Shown piece after piece: positions 10,063 through 19,295 of a stretch of 35,132 nucleotides of DNA (position 1 is its first letter; every line of letters begins with the position of its first letter). Origin of the DNA: an uncultured Rhodothermales bacterium (lineage in GTDB: Bacteria > Bacteroidota > Rhodothermia > Rhodothermales > BA12). A program made the position numbers and the translations under genes. A model generated the notes under the pieces. The model saw only the letters and a program-made list of their open reading frames with translations. It was not told the DNA's origin and searched no databases. The stretch is from assembly GCA_965365535.1 (NCBI GenBank), contig CBDUCD010000002.1:1-35132 (forward strand). Direction: 5' to 3'.

Positions 10063-11271
10063 TCACCTCTTGGAGTGCTGAGGGGCTTTGTAGATGTACA
10101 AATCCGTCGTCGTCAGCCAGTACACCCGCTCTCCGTCCGACCACGCGGCTGCTCCGTAGCCCCCGCCCGTGCCTTCCTCGCCCAGCGCCTCTGCTACCAC
10201 CTCGCCCGTCACGGCGTCGAGCGCGTAGAGCGGGCCGTAGTGGCTGTGATAGACGAGCCCACCGGCGTACGAGACAGGCGCAGTGGCGTAACCGCCCATC
10301 GGACGCGACCATAACTCGCGCCCCGTGCTGGCCTCGAGCGCGGTGATGCCGAGTTCGTCCTGGACGAAAAGTCGCAGCGTGCCAGCGTCTTCTCCAAGCG
10401 TGAGGTCGGCAGCGGTGAGGCCGTTGGTTTGCCAGAGCAGTGTGCCGGTGGCTACGTCGACGCAGGCCACGAAGCCGGTGCCGAGGTTGCCGCCGAAGTA
10501 GGCGCGGCCCTCGTGGACGACGAGGCGGGCATAGGACGACGACCCACGGTCTGCCACCAGTACACGCCACTGCTCGGTCAGCGTTGCCTTGTCCAGCGCT
10601 ACGAGCGCCACCGACTGTTTTCGTTTCTCCTCATCCATCCATGTGTCGAGATAGAGTAGCAAACCGGGAACCGTCGCCATGCCTGCCGAGAGGTGAGGAG
10701 TCGCCACCTGGTTTACGATAGCCCCAGTGCCTTTGTCGAACACGAAAATGGCATTGCTGCGAGGAGGAGTATAATTGGTGGCCTGCACATAGACGTTATG
10801 TTCGTCTTGGGCAGGCGAGTTGACGTCGTAGAATGTCCATGCTTCAGGCAGCGTGCCAGTCCAACGAAGTGTACCATCGCCCACGCGCACAGCTTTGAGT
10901 ATTGGCGTTTCATGACCGCGAAAATAGACTGTGCCGCCATCGCGGTCGTCAGTGATCATCTCAGTAGTAAGCGTGAGGCGGTGGGAGGGCCACGGCTGAT
11001 ACCAGTGCACTTTACCTGTGACAGGATCAGCCCCCCAGAGTCGGTAGTCAGGTGAGAGCAGTAGCGTGCCGTTGACAACGGCGGGAAGCACTTTTGCATT
11101 GAGTCCGTCATGGTCGGGCGCAAACGGCACGGTAGCGATCAGCTGCATCTTCAGTGTTCCATCAATTTTAGGCTGGGGTGAGGATGAATGGGTGAAGTCG
11201 CAGCCTGCCACGAAGAAGAAGGCTGTCAGTGCCAGCGCGCGGCAATGGAAGGCGTACCAGAATTGGTTCAT
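10063..11271 (-). CDS. PQQ-binding-like (BamB-type) beta-propeller lipoprotein
   Basis: Lipobox FVAGC. Repeated PQQ-type units: GADPVTGKVHW, AVRVGDGTLRW, ALDKATLTEQW, CVDVATGTLLW, ALEASTGRELW, LYALDAVTGEV. Confidence 0.88.
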   Translation of the reverse strand: MNQFWYAFHCRALALTAFFFVAGCDFTHSSSPQPKIDGTLKMQLIATVPFAPDHDGLNAKVLPAVVNGTLLLSPDYRLWGADPVTGKVHWYQPWPSHRLTLTTEMITDDRDGGTVYFRGHETPILKAVRVGDGTLRWTGTLPEAWTFYDVNSPAQDEHNVYVQATNYTPPRSNAIFVFDKGTGAIVNQVATPHLSAGMATVPGLLLYLDTWMDEEKRKQSVALVALDKATLTEQWRVLVADRGSSSYARLVVHEGRAYFGGNLGTGFVACVDVATGTLLWQTNGLTAADLTLGEDAGTLRLFVQDELGITALEASTGRELWSRPMGGYATAPVSYAGGLVYHSHYGPLYALDAVTGEVVAEALGEEGTGGGYGAAAWSDGERVYWLTTTDLYIYKAPQHSKR

Positions 11272-11280
11272 CAGTGTGAT

Positions 11281-11334
11281 TGTATAGTGCGCGGAGGAAC
11301 GAGGAACGCTCTTCGTTCCTCCGCACGTTGTACA
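11281..11334. promoter_or_regulatory. Intergenic stem-loop (possible mRNA stabiliser or attenuator)
   Basis: Perfect 12-bp inverted repeat GCGGAGGAACGA (11291-11302) / TCGTTCCTCCGC (11313-11324), extendable imperfectly to TGTA...TACA. No U-tract. Confidence 0.6.
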
Positions 11335-11349
11335 TCGTCGTCTGTCTTG

Positions 11350-12987
11350 TCAACGGAGAATTTCCCGCTGAAGCCAATCCCTTGCATCATCCATCGGAGG
11401 AGCTTGGCCCGATGTGCCGTTGGTGCGCAGCCGGCTGTAGCGCGTCAGTTCGAGGTGGTTGTAACCACCCACGTAACCACGCTCGTCGCTCGTGCCGTAG
11501 AGGAAGTTGTTTATGCGATCGTTGGCGTTGCCATTGGGGCTCCATGTGCCCTTTTCAGCAGCAAAGAGGCCGTCGTTTTGTTGCGGTATGGCAGCAGTGT
11601 ACACGTAGGTCACCTCACGCCAAGGCCCATCGCCCGTACAGGTATTTTCGCGCGCGAAGAAAAGCGCTTCGAGGTCGAATTCGCTAGCCGGATCCAGAGG
11701 CCCCCCGCCGCACGACGGGTCATATTCGAGCCGAGTGTCTGTGCGCTGTTCGTACCGGATCGCACCAAGAATACGGGCCCAGTACGTATCGGTGGCGCGC
11801 ATGGCCGTAGCGGCGCCACGCCATCGTGCGACGCTCTGCGCGCGTCGCTCACGACATCCTGAAGCGGCGAAAATGGTGCACATTGTGTGCTCCCAAGCTT
11901 CCGCCTGCCCATCGGCATACAGCGCGAGCTGGTTGACTTGGTCAGCGACGGCAGTCTCTTTGTTTACGTCGTATCCTGACTTGTCACCACCGATAGCCTC
12001 GCTAAACGTGCGAACTACTGTGTGTTGCCGCTCTTGACCTGTAATTGACCGGTAATAGGTAGGGCTTGGCAAGCTGTTGAGAGAGTTAATGATAGTTCCT
12101 CCCGGCGCAATAAGAGATTTGGCTCCAACAAGCGTTGCCTGTGCATCTCGTGCAATGATGTCTGGATATATATTGTTCATAAAATCATTCATAGCAGGAA
12201 TTACTTGAGCTTGAACAGCTTGGTTTCCCTGTCTTAAACCAGATCGAGTCTCGTGAAGTTTTAGTCGCCAATTATTGATGAAGTTGAAATCACAAAAGTC
12301 AATAGTATTGAGTGCATCTGCAAGCATTGTAACACTGTTGATACCAAATCTAGTGATCCAAGACGTGCGCTCCGTCAGTCCATATTTGATGGTTTGTGTG
12401 TAATCAGTGATAATTGGGTTGACATTGCGATAGCCGCTCTCGTTATAGAGGGCTGCTTCCGCCAAAGGTAGTCCTTGGTGTGGCGTGCTGACCGTGATCG
12501 GAATCACGCGTAGCGTTGCGCTCTGACCGGTGCGGTAGGGAAACGAACTCAGCCCCAGCGACGACGCGCTTCCCGCAATAAAGCGGGCCAGGTACCCACC
12601 GATGACGCCGTGCCCCACAATGACGAGATCGACGTTGACCGGGCCGTTAGCCTGCACCTGAATCAGGCGTTGCGCGATCTTAGCTGTTAATTGCGAAACC
12701 ACCCGGGTACGCACGTCAGCATTGTTGACGAGTTGCATCAGATGGTCTGAAGAGCGGGCGTTGAGTAGCGACGCTACTTCGGCGTCGAGGTTGATCACGT
12801 GGTTAAGAACCCCCGAGTTTTGCCAGGCTTGGGGTGTGCCACGCGCGCCCCAGATGGTCTGGGTTTCGTCGGGGTTGAGCTTGTAGCCCGAGATAAAGAC
12901 ACCCATGCGATAGCTTGTCTGTGCCGAAGCTATGCTTGCCACGAGAAACAGTAGTAAGACCGGGAAAGAAATGCGGAGAGGGTTCAT
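11350..12987 (-). CDS. Secreted lipase-like alpha/beta-fold protein with degenerate nucleophile elbow
   Basis: Signal peptide ...VASIASA-Q. Motifs in lipase order: VFISGY, LVIVGHGVIGGYLAR, TVSTPHQGLPLA, NDGLF, NHLEL. Confidence 0.78.
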   Translation of the reverse strand: MNPLRISFPVLLLFLVASIASAQTSYRMGVFISGYKLNPDETQTIWGARGTPQAWQNSGVLNHVINLDAEVASLLNARSSDHLMQLVNNADVRTRVVSQLTAKIAQRLIQVQANGPVNVDLVIVGHGVIGGYLARFIAGSASSLGLSSFPYRTGQSATLRVIPITVSTPHQGLPLAEAALYNESGYRNVNPIITDYTQTIKYGLTERTSWITRFGINSVTMLADALNTIDFCDFNFINNWRLKLHETRSGLRQGNQAVQAQVIPAMNDFMNNIYPDIIARDAQATLVGAKSLIAPGGTIINSLNSLPSPTYYRSITGQERQHTVVRTFSEAIGGDKSGYDVNKETAVADQVNQLALYADGQAEAWEHTMCTIFAASGCRERRAQSVARWRGAATAMRATDTYWARILGAIRYEQRTDTRLEYDPSCGGGPLDPASEFDLEALFFARENTCTGDGPWREVTYVYTAAIPQQNDGLFAAEKGTWSPNGNANDRINNFLYGTSDERGYVGGYNHLELTRYSRLRTNGTSGQAPPMDDARDWLQREILR

Positions 12988-13020
12988 GGCTGCAATGGTC
13001 TAAAAGGGTTAAGGAAAAGG

Positions 13021-13923
13021 TCAGCGCGTCTCGATCCGGACGTTAGACCTGTTGACGACGATGCGGCGGGTGACGTCCCACCCTCCTTCTGTATCGCTGA
13101 AGAGGTAGGTTTCCTTATTCAACACCACGGGATAGCCGTCGTGCAGAGCGACCTGGCGCAGCTCGACCATCTGGAAGCGACCCTGCTGGTCACGCAGCGC
13201 TGTGCGGATGGGCGTTGCGCCTAGTTCCAAGTCGTACACGACATCCACCGACGCGGTACCCTGCGCGGCCTCCTGTTGGGACGGCTTTTCGTGGACAATA
13301 ACCATACGATTTCCCTGAAGCTGGAACTGGAGACCACTCTGACGCAATGCCGTTAGCGTGGTGGTGCGGCGTGTAGCAGCATCGGTGCTGGTGCGGCCCA
13401 ACAATGATGAAGCTTCAGTCTCAACGCCCTCCTCGGGGGCGGGCATCTCCATCAGTTTCTTACCGCTTTTACCGTACAACCGCACCAACCCTTTTGCCTT
13501 CACGATGCGCGCAAGCGGGTCAAAACCGGGATCAGGCGCGGGCATCTCTCCCTTTACGTTTTCATACAGGTCATCAGGCATCCCCATGAAGCCGTCGGTA
13601 ATGAGATAGTCCACTGTCGAGGCCCCATCACGCCCAATGCCCACAGTGACATGTGCCTTGCGGTAACCAAGCAGCATGGTTGACGTGGACGGGTCTCTGC
13701 CTTTACTGCTGCCATCGACAAGTTCACCGGCCCAGAGTGGAGACGAAATGGTTTCAGTCTCGTCGTAAGACAGTACAAGAGCAGCACTGGAAGAGAGGTC
13801 GTCGCCAGAAACGCTAGGGCTTGCCGCGTCGCATCCAAAAAGCGACAGGGTGAGTGCTGCACCGAGCGCCCCGCTAGCCCAGCGTGCGCGAGGAGAGAGG
13901 GCAAAAAGGGGGTGTCTGTTCAT
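13021..13923 (-). CDS. Hypothetical lipoprotein, beta-strand-rich
   Basis: 300-aa ORF with signal peptide ending LSLFGC and a Ser-rich tether. Co-oriented with neighbours, gaps of 33 and 46 nt. Confidence 0.8.
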   Translation of the reverse strand: MNRHPLFALSPRARWASGALGAALTLSLFGCDAASPSVSGDDLSSSAALVLSYDETETISSPLWAGELVDGSSKGRDPSTSTMLLGYRKAHVTVGIGRDGASTVDYLITDGFMGMPDDLYENVKGEMPAPDPGFDPLARIVKAKGLVRLYGKSGKKLMEMPAPEEGVETEASSLLGRTSTDAATRRTTTLTALRQSGLQFQLQGNRMVIVHEKPSQQEAAQGTASVDVVYDLELGATPIRTALRDQQGRFQMVELRQVALHDGYPVVLNKETYLFSDTEGGWDVTRRIVVNRSNVRIETR

Positions 13924-13969
13924 GACGGTGTTGCGTTATTGAAATGTTAATGGTGGGTAGGCAGTCTGT

Positions 13970-16522
13970 TCAGCCGCCTGATGAGCCGAGAAGCGCGATC
14001 TGCGCGTAATAGCGCTCTCGAATCTCACCGCCGCGCGCAGCGCATTGCACGGCGATGAAGTAGGTGCCGCTGGCGAGCGGTGGAAAGGACAAGGCAACGC
14101 GATGGTCACCCTGAGGGAGTAGTGCGTCGTGCAGTAGCATGAGGCGGCGCCCTAGCAGGTCGTACAAGTCAATGGTGACCCAGGCTGCTTCGTTTAGGTG
14201 GATGGGTAACGCCGCTGCTGTGCGTGCCGGGTCAGGGTAGGGTGGGAGCAGGGCAAACACTGCCAGGCGAGGAGCATTCCACGTCAGATCAAGGAGCGTT
14301 GTAGTGCCATCGGCATCTGCCACGCGTGCGGAAAAATGGTAGGCGCCACTCTGGAGAGGAAAGGCGTACGTGATCTGTATATCGGAGTGTTCGACGGCAA
14401 TGCCTTGGGCAAATCCTCCCGAAGGCAACTGTGCCACGGCTGCCGAAGCATCTGCCGCCAGAGGATGTGCTGCCAAGAGGTGCAGGTGTACCTCTGAGCC
14501 ATCATGCGAAACGGTGGATGTGATTTCGCCGATGGATCCTGCGGGGGCGGGCGGCATCAGCACACGTGCGCGCAGCATGGGCCGAAAGTTTGCAAGCGAT
14601 TGGCCCTGCACCGACACCGCTGATGCGGCCATCCAAAGGCCTTCGGCAGTACGAAAGAAGCCGCCTTCGCCTCCCGCGTCGAGTCCAACGGCAAAAGCGT
14701 TGTTGTCGTCGGCGTCATTTGTGACGACGATCATGAGTGTGTCCGGAAGTGCCTCTTGCCACGTCTCGGCACCCAGTAGGGCCGCCTCGAATGTGACCTC
14801 ACCGGGAGCGCGGAAGCTGTAAACCCGCTGTGGACCCCAGAGGCGTTTGGCGGGGCGCCCGTTTTGGAAGTTCCATACTTCGACATCAACGTCGCGCTCT
14901 GTGCCAGCAGGCACACCCGAACCCGAGACTTCGCTCATATACAGGCCGTACACACTGACCTCGTAGAGCCAGCGAGGGGTTGCCGACCTGCTTCTGGAAA
15001 CAGGAATGACGAGGCCGGCAGCTTGCCCTGGTGAGAGCCGGAAATAGCGCGCCGTCGCTGTGAAGGCATCGGGTATGCCGTCGTCGAGCGCAATGTCGCG
15101 CGCGTATCCACTTGGCACTCCATCTATGCGAGCCGTCGCAGCGACGGCCTCGTTATCAGGGGAGGAGGACCGCGACAGGACTACATAGCCGTCGGCAAAC
15201 AGGCCCGCTCCTGCTGCGAGTCGAGCCGATACTCCAGCTTCGCTTAGGGCGGGTTCGCCGTGCAGTGGCATAAGTGCTATTTGCGCTTCAACTCCCGCTG
15301 TGATGTATCCTACTTCTACAGCTACCTCTCGCGCGAGAGGCACGCGGGTAATGGCAAAGCTCAAAGGGGGCAACAAGGCGTGTAGTACGCCCGGCAACGC
15401 TCCTGACAGGCGAGTTGGCGCTTGGCCTGTAGCTGCAACCTGTTGCAGCATATGCGTTGCCCACCGCTGGTGCAGTATCTCAAGGCGAGGGAGATGGTGC
15501 CTTTTCAGAAGGGCTTCGAGGCCATCTTCGCCTGTTCGCACGTCGGCGACATACGTCCGCAGCGCCGCCAATCCTATTTGTGAGAAGAGGAAGTGCGTCC
15601 ACTGTGCGGCCCGAGCGTAGTCTGGCAGAGGGCTGGCATCGTCCCAACTCAGTAGCGAGCGTGGATCGGAAAAGAGAAATGCATCGGGCGCTCGCAACGT
15701 GAAGCCGCACAAGAATTCTGCGTACTCGGAGAGCCCTTCGTTGATGAATACACTCTCGTGTGAACCCTTTTCGTAGCCCGCGTGAATCAGGTGCTGAAGT
15801 TCATGTGCAAACGTTGCTGCCGCACTTTCAGGGCGACCTCGTTCACCGTAAACAAGCGTTGGGTAGAGATCCACGAATACGACGTCGCGCCTGTTCGAGT
15901 GTGGGGAACCGGTCAGGTGTATGGGGTCAAAAAAGCCTGCAACGTAACTTCCTGAAGGCTGGAAGCCGTCTTGGATGTCGAGCAAGAGCAGATCGACGCG
16001 TTTGTCGTCGTCCGGGTCGGGCAGATCGCCGAAAAGCGCCGTGACGATTGCGGCAATGCCTTGCTCGGGCGCGTGCGAGGTGGGGGGCGTTTTTGTAGTC
16101 GCGTAGGCAATGAGGCGACTGAGGGCCTCGCGGCCAGGCGACGTTTCCAGCAGCGCGCGCTGCATTGTGTCCACCCAGACGGTTACGTGCGCCCCTCGGT
16201 ACAGCTTCTCAGCGGTGACGGTGAAAAACCGATCCTGATCGAGGATGTCTCGCACCCAGAACGTGTGCTGTGTTTCTGAGGTATCCGCAAGTGCTTTTGC
16301 TGCAGAGTGTTTTGAAGACGTGCCCCGTACGGGAGGGGGATAACGCTTCATGAGGTGTGGCGTCACGTGTACGGGAGTGCCAGGCGTCTCTGCTTCAAGA
16401 GGAGGCGTGAAGCTCGCGAGACCCTCTACCGCTGGGCTCTCCTGAGCATAAGTACGGCTCAGCGTGCACAAGGCGAGTAGCACAAGACAGGTGGTAGAAC
16501 CGAAAAGGGTAATGGGTCGCAT
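13970..16522 (-). CDS. Secreted zinc metallopeptidase (M30/hyicolysin-like gluzincin) with T9SS type A sorting domain
   Basis: Signal peptide; YVAGFFDP, AHELQHLIH (HExxH), FINEGLSEYAE (third ligand). CTD with PYPDP...DLYDLLGRRL...LASGTYFI. Confidence 0.85.
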   Translation of the reverse strand: MRPITLFGSTTCLVLLALCTLSRTYAQESPAVEGLASFTPPLEAETPGTPVHVTPHLMKRYPPPVRGTSSKHSAAKALADTSETQHTFWVRDILDQDRFFTVTAEKLYRGAHVTVWVDTMQRALLETSPGREALSRLIAYATTKTPPTSHAPEQGIAAIVTALFGDLPDPDDDKRVDLLLLDIQDGFQPSGSYVAGFFDPIHLTGSPHSNRRDVVFVDLYPTLVYGERGRPESAAATFAHELQHLIHAGYEKGSHESVFINEGLSEYAEFLCGFTLRAPDAFLFSDPRSLLSWDDASPLPDYARAAQWTHFLFSQIGLAALRTYVADVRTGEDGLEALLKRHHLPRLEILHQRWATHMLQQVAATGQAPTRLSGALPGVLHALLPPLSFAITRVPLAREVAVEVGYITAGVEAQIALMPLHGEPALSEAGVSARLAAGAGLFADGYVVLSRSSSPDNEAVAATARIDGVPSGYARDIALDDGIPDAFTATARYFRLSPGQAAGLVIPVSRSRSATPRWLYEVSVYGLYMSEVSGSGVPAGTERDVDVEVWNFQNGRPAKRLWGPQRVYSFRAPGEVTFEAALLGAETWQEALPDTLMIVVTNDADDNNAFAVGLDAGGEGGFFRTAEGLWMAASAVSVQGQSLANFRPMLRARVLMPPAPAGSIGEITSTVSHDGSEVHLHLLAAHPLAADASAAVAQLPSGGFAQGIAVEHSDIQITYAFPLQSGAYHFSARVADADGTTTLLDLTWNAPRLAVFALLPPYPDPARTAAALPIHLNEAAWVTIDLYDLLGRRLMLLHDALLPQGDHRVALSFPPLASGTYFIAVQCAARGGEIRERYYAQIALLGSSGG

Positions 16523-16805
16523 AGCCGGAAGCGTGATGACCCAGCTTAACCCAAGAATCAGCGTGGCCTATACGACAGGCCTCTGCAATTCCGCCGCGCG
16601 TGCTCTATCCCAACCCGGAGGTTTCTCCACTGCACTAAAGTAGGGCAACAGTATCTGTCGCATCGGCGATAGCATCTGGAGAGGGGGCACGCACCTCACG
16701 GCGAAAGCGGGATATTCCTCCATCTCCGAAATTCAACCGGGCCGTAGCTTGAGAGATGCCTTTTCATGGAGGCCCGTTAAGCCCCAGTAGCTGCCAGACA
16801 GGGTG

Positions 16806-18035
16806 ATGCCTTTGCCAAGTGTTTTTCACCTGACCCTTCGGTACAGCCGCCTGCACTCTTTGCCCTGGTTGGGGTGGGGAAAAGTGGTGGTAGCCGCCGC
16901 GTGGTGCGTCTGCGCATCCGCTCAGGCCCAACCCGCAAATTCTGCGCTTACCGCTGAATTTATTCAGGCGCCCGACACCATCAGTTCAGCTCCCAGCGCC
17001 AGCGGGTTCGTGGGCGAAATTCAAGATGGCGTGCCGGTGCTTACCCGTTTTCGTTTCTACCGCGACAGTGTCGTGGTGCTTACCACCCCGCGCGGAGACT
17101 CGCTGGCGCTCTCCTACGTTGCCTTCTACGATATCGCACGTGCCTTTGAAGCATTCGACATGCCTGGCAATGCCAACTTCGAGACCGGCTTTGAATACGA
17201 AGAGGGTAGCCTGCGCCTCTTTCTGGCTTCCTCGCCTTTGCTTGTAGTTATGCTACTCCTTTTGCTGCCGCTGCTGCTACTTGTGCTGTGGCTTCTCGCG
17301 CGCAGCCGTCGAGTCAGAGCTCGTGCCCTCGACGAGCAGCAGCGTGTGGCTCGGTTACGGCGGTTGAGTGAACAGAGCCGCGAGGACGAGCGCCGCCGCT
17401 TGGCCCGCGAACTGCACGATGGGCCGCTGCAAGAACTCTATGCGCTGCGGATGAGCTTGGCACGCGCACAGCCGCCAGACGACGAGCAGGACGCGCTTGT
17501 TGTCCACATCGCCGATGATCTTCGGACGCTTACGGAAGAGCTTCGCTCGCCGCTGCTCAGCGATTACGGCCTCGTCGAAGCCCTGCGTACCTTGTTCGAG
17601 CGCCACCAGACGCGCACCCATCTAAGCATTGTCTTCGACCCCGAAGCTATGCTTGTCTCGCAGCCAGCGATGATTCCAGAGCCCCAGGCGACGGCCTTGT
17701 TTCGCGTGGCCCAGGAAGCACTCAGCAACGTGGCACGCCACAGCCGGGCGCAGCACGTGCGCGTTCGTTTACGGACTGAGCGCCAGCGCGATGCACCGGG
17801 CTTTGCCCTCGAAGTCGAAGACGATGGTCAGGGTTTTAGCGTCCCACGTCACTTTGAAGACTTGGGTAGCGCGGGACACTTCGGCTTGCTGGGTAAGCGC
17901 GAGCGCATGGAAGTGCTGGGCGGCGGGCTCAATGTGCAGTCGGTACGGGGGCAGGGTACACGCGTCGTGGCGTGGGTGCCCGAGATCATTCCCGGTGAGG
18001 TTTCGCAGCGTGCTACCCTTCCGGTATTCTCCTGA
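16806..18035 (+). CDS. Sensor histidine kinase, NarX/UhpB (HisKA_3) type
   Basis: H-box ARELHDGPLQ, N-box FRVAQEALSNVARHS, G1 VEDDGQGF, G2 GHFGLLG. One long Leu-rich TM segment after a roughly 100-aa exported domain. Start codon uncertain. Confidence 0.92.
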   Translation: MPLPSVFHLTLRYSRLHSLPWLGWGKVVVAAAWCVCASAQAQPANSALTAEFIQAPDTISSAPSASGFVGEIQDGVPVLTRFRFYRDSVVVLTTPRGDSLALSYVAFYDIARAFEAFDMPGNANFETGFEYEEGSLRLFLASSPLLVVMLLLLLPLLLLVLWLLARSRRVRARALDEQQRVARLRRLSEQSREDERRRLARELHDGPLQELYALRMSLARAQPPDDEQDALVVHIADDLRTLTEELRSPLLSDYGLVEALRTLFERHQTRTHLSIVFDPEAMLVSQPAMIPEPQATALFRVAQEALSNVARHSRAQHVRVRLRTERQRDAPGFALEVEDDGQGFSVPRHFEDLGSAGHFGLLGKRERMEVLGGGLNVQSVRGQGTRVVAWVPEIIPGEVSQRATLPVFS

Positions 18036-18052
18036 ATTATCGCTGCCACCTC

Positions 18053-18670
18053 ATGTCCTACCGTATTTTGCTTGCCGACGACCACGCTGTGTTCCGCGCC
18101 GGGCTGCGCCGGCTGCTCGAGGATCAGCCCGACCTCGAAGTGGTGGGTGAAGCAGCCACGGGCTTGCAAGCGGTAGCCATGGCCCGACGCGACAAACCCG
18201 ACGTGCTCGTGCTGGACGTGCAGATGCCTGAAATGCCCGGTCCCGAGGTGGTGTTCGCCTTGCGCCGGAGCGAGCCTGCGGTGCGCATCATGGGTCTCTC
18301 TGCGTATGAGGACCCCGCCTATGTCGAGCGCTTTGTCAGAGGTGGCGCGTCGGGCTACGTCACGAAAGACCGTCCGCCCGCCATGATTGTGCAGGCCGTT
18401 CGGCAGGTGGCCGAGGGTATGCCGGTATGGCTGGTGCGCCAGCCCTTGATGTCGCCGCTCTACATCCTCACGGAGCGCGAGCGCGAAGTGCTGGGCCTGC
18501 TGGGTGCTGGCCTGTCCAACGATGAGATTGCACACGCGCTGCACGTGTCCGAGTCCACGGTGCGCAACACCCTGACCACGGTATATGAAAAGATCGGTGT
18601 AGCGCATGCGCGTGCCGCTGTGGCTTGGGCATGGCGGCACCATCTGGTGAATGACTCACCATCCAGATAG
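18053..18670 (+). CDS. NarL/FixJ-family DNA-binding response regulator
   Basis: Receiver ILLADDH...VLVLDVQMP...GYVTK; LuxR-type HTH LTEREREVL...GLSNDEIA...SESTVRN. Confidence 0.95.
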   Translation: MSYRILLADDHAVFRAGLRRLLEDQPDLEVVGEAATGLQAVAMARRDKPDVLVLDVQMPEMPGPEVVFALRRSEPAVRIMGLSAYEDPAYVERFVRGGASGYVTKDRPPAMIVQAVRQVAEGMPVWLVRQPLMSPLYILTEREREVLGLLGAGLSNDEIAHALHVSESTVRNTLTTVYEKIGVAHARAAVAWAWRHHLVNDSPSR

Positions 18671-18803
18671 AGAGTGGAGAAAGCTCCAGAGGCGGGGCGC
18701 AGAGACTCCCGCGAGAAGCACCGTTTCTGCCTGGCTTCTCCTCCCATGGCAGCGTACGTTGAGTGTCGTTACGGTTCCGTCACCCTAACCATGCTCAACT
18801 TCA

Positions 18804-19295
18804 ATGAAAAAGCTCTCCATTGTACTGACCATCATCCTCGTTTCATCAACAGGTTGTGATAGCAACGGGGCGTTGCCTCTGCCAGGATCTGCACTCCTCA
18901 TCCAGCTCGACGCCGATACACTTCGCCTAATTAGCTGCGACAGCGTGGCAATTTACGCGGACGATGGGGCACCGCTAGCGCGCCTGAAACGCACTAGGCC
19001 GGACCACTGGACCGTGGCTGCGACTGAAGTGGGTGTGCGTGTGATATTCTCTGACCAGCCTACAGAGGCTCCAATCTGGGGTGGCATTTCACCAGAAATA
19101 TCCTTTTCTACCGTCGCCACTGGCAGCGCACAACCCAGTAATAGCACCAGTACCGAAGGCCCTCCGGTAGCTGTATGCCACCTCGTGCAGGACCACGGGC
19201 GCTGGCGCATGGTGTGCGTGATGGTTACTCCTGGCACGGTGGAACCGACTTCTGCTCGTCACAGGGTATCGCTGTCGTTTGTAGCCCTTTCGTGA
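18804..19295 (+). CDS. Hypothetical lipoprotein
   Basis: Type II signal peptide MKKLSIVLTIILVSSTGC; 163 aa; three further Cys. Confidence 0.65.
   Translation: MKKLSIVLTIILVSSTGCDSNGALPLPGSALLIQLDADTLRLISCDSVAIYADDGAPLARLKRTRPDHWTVAATEVGVRVIFSDQPTEAPIWGGISPEISFSTVATGSAQPSNSTSTEGPPVAVCHLVQDHGRWRMVCVMVTPGTVEPTSARHRVSLSFVALS

Noticed and set aside
10063-11271. Calling the propeller lipoprotein bamB or a PQQ dehydrogenase
   Set aside because: Island context rather than a core locus, and no dehydrogenase-specific features. Only the repeat type is supported.
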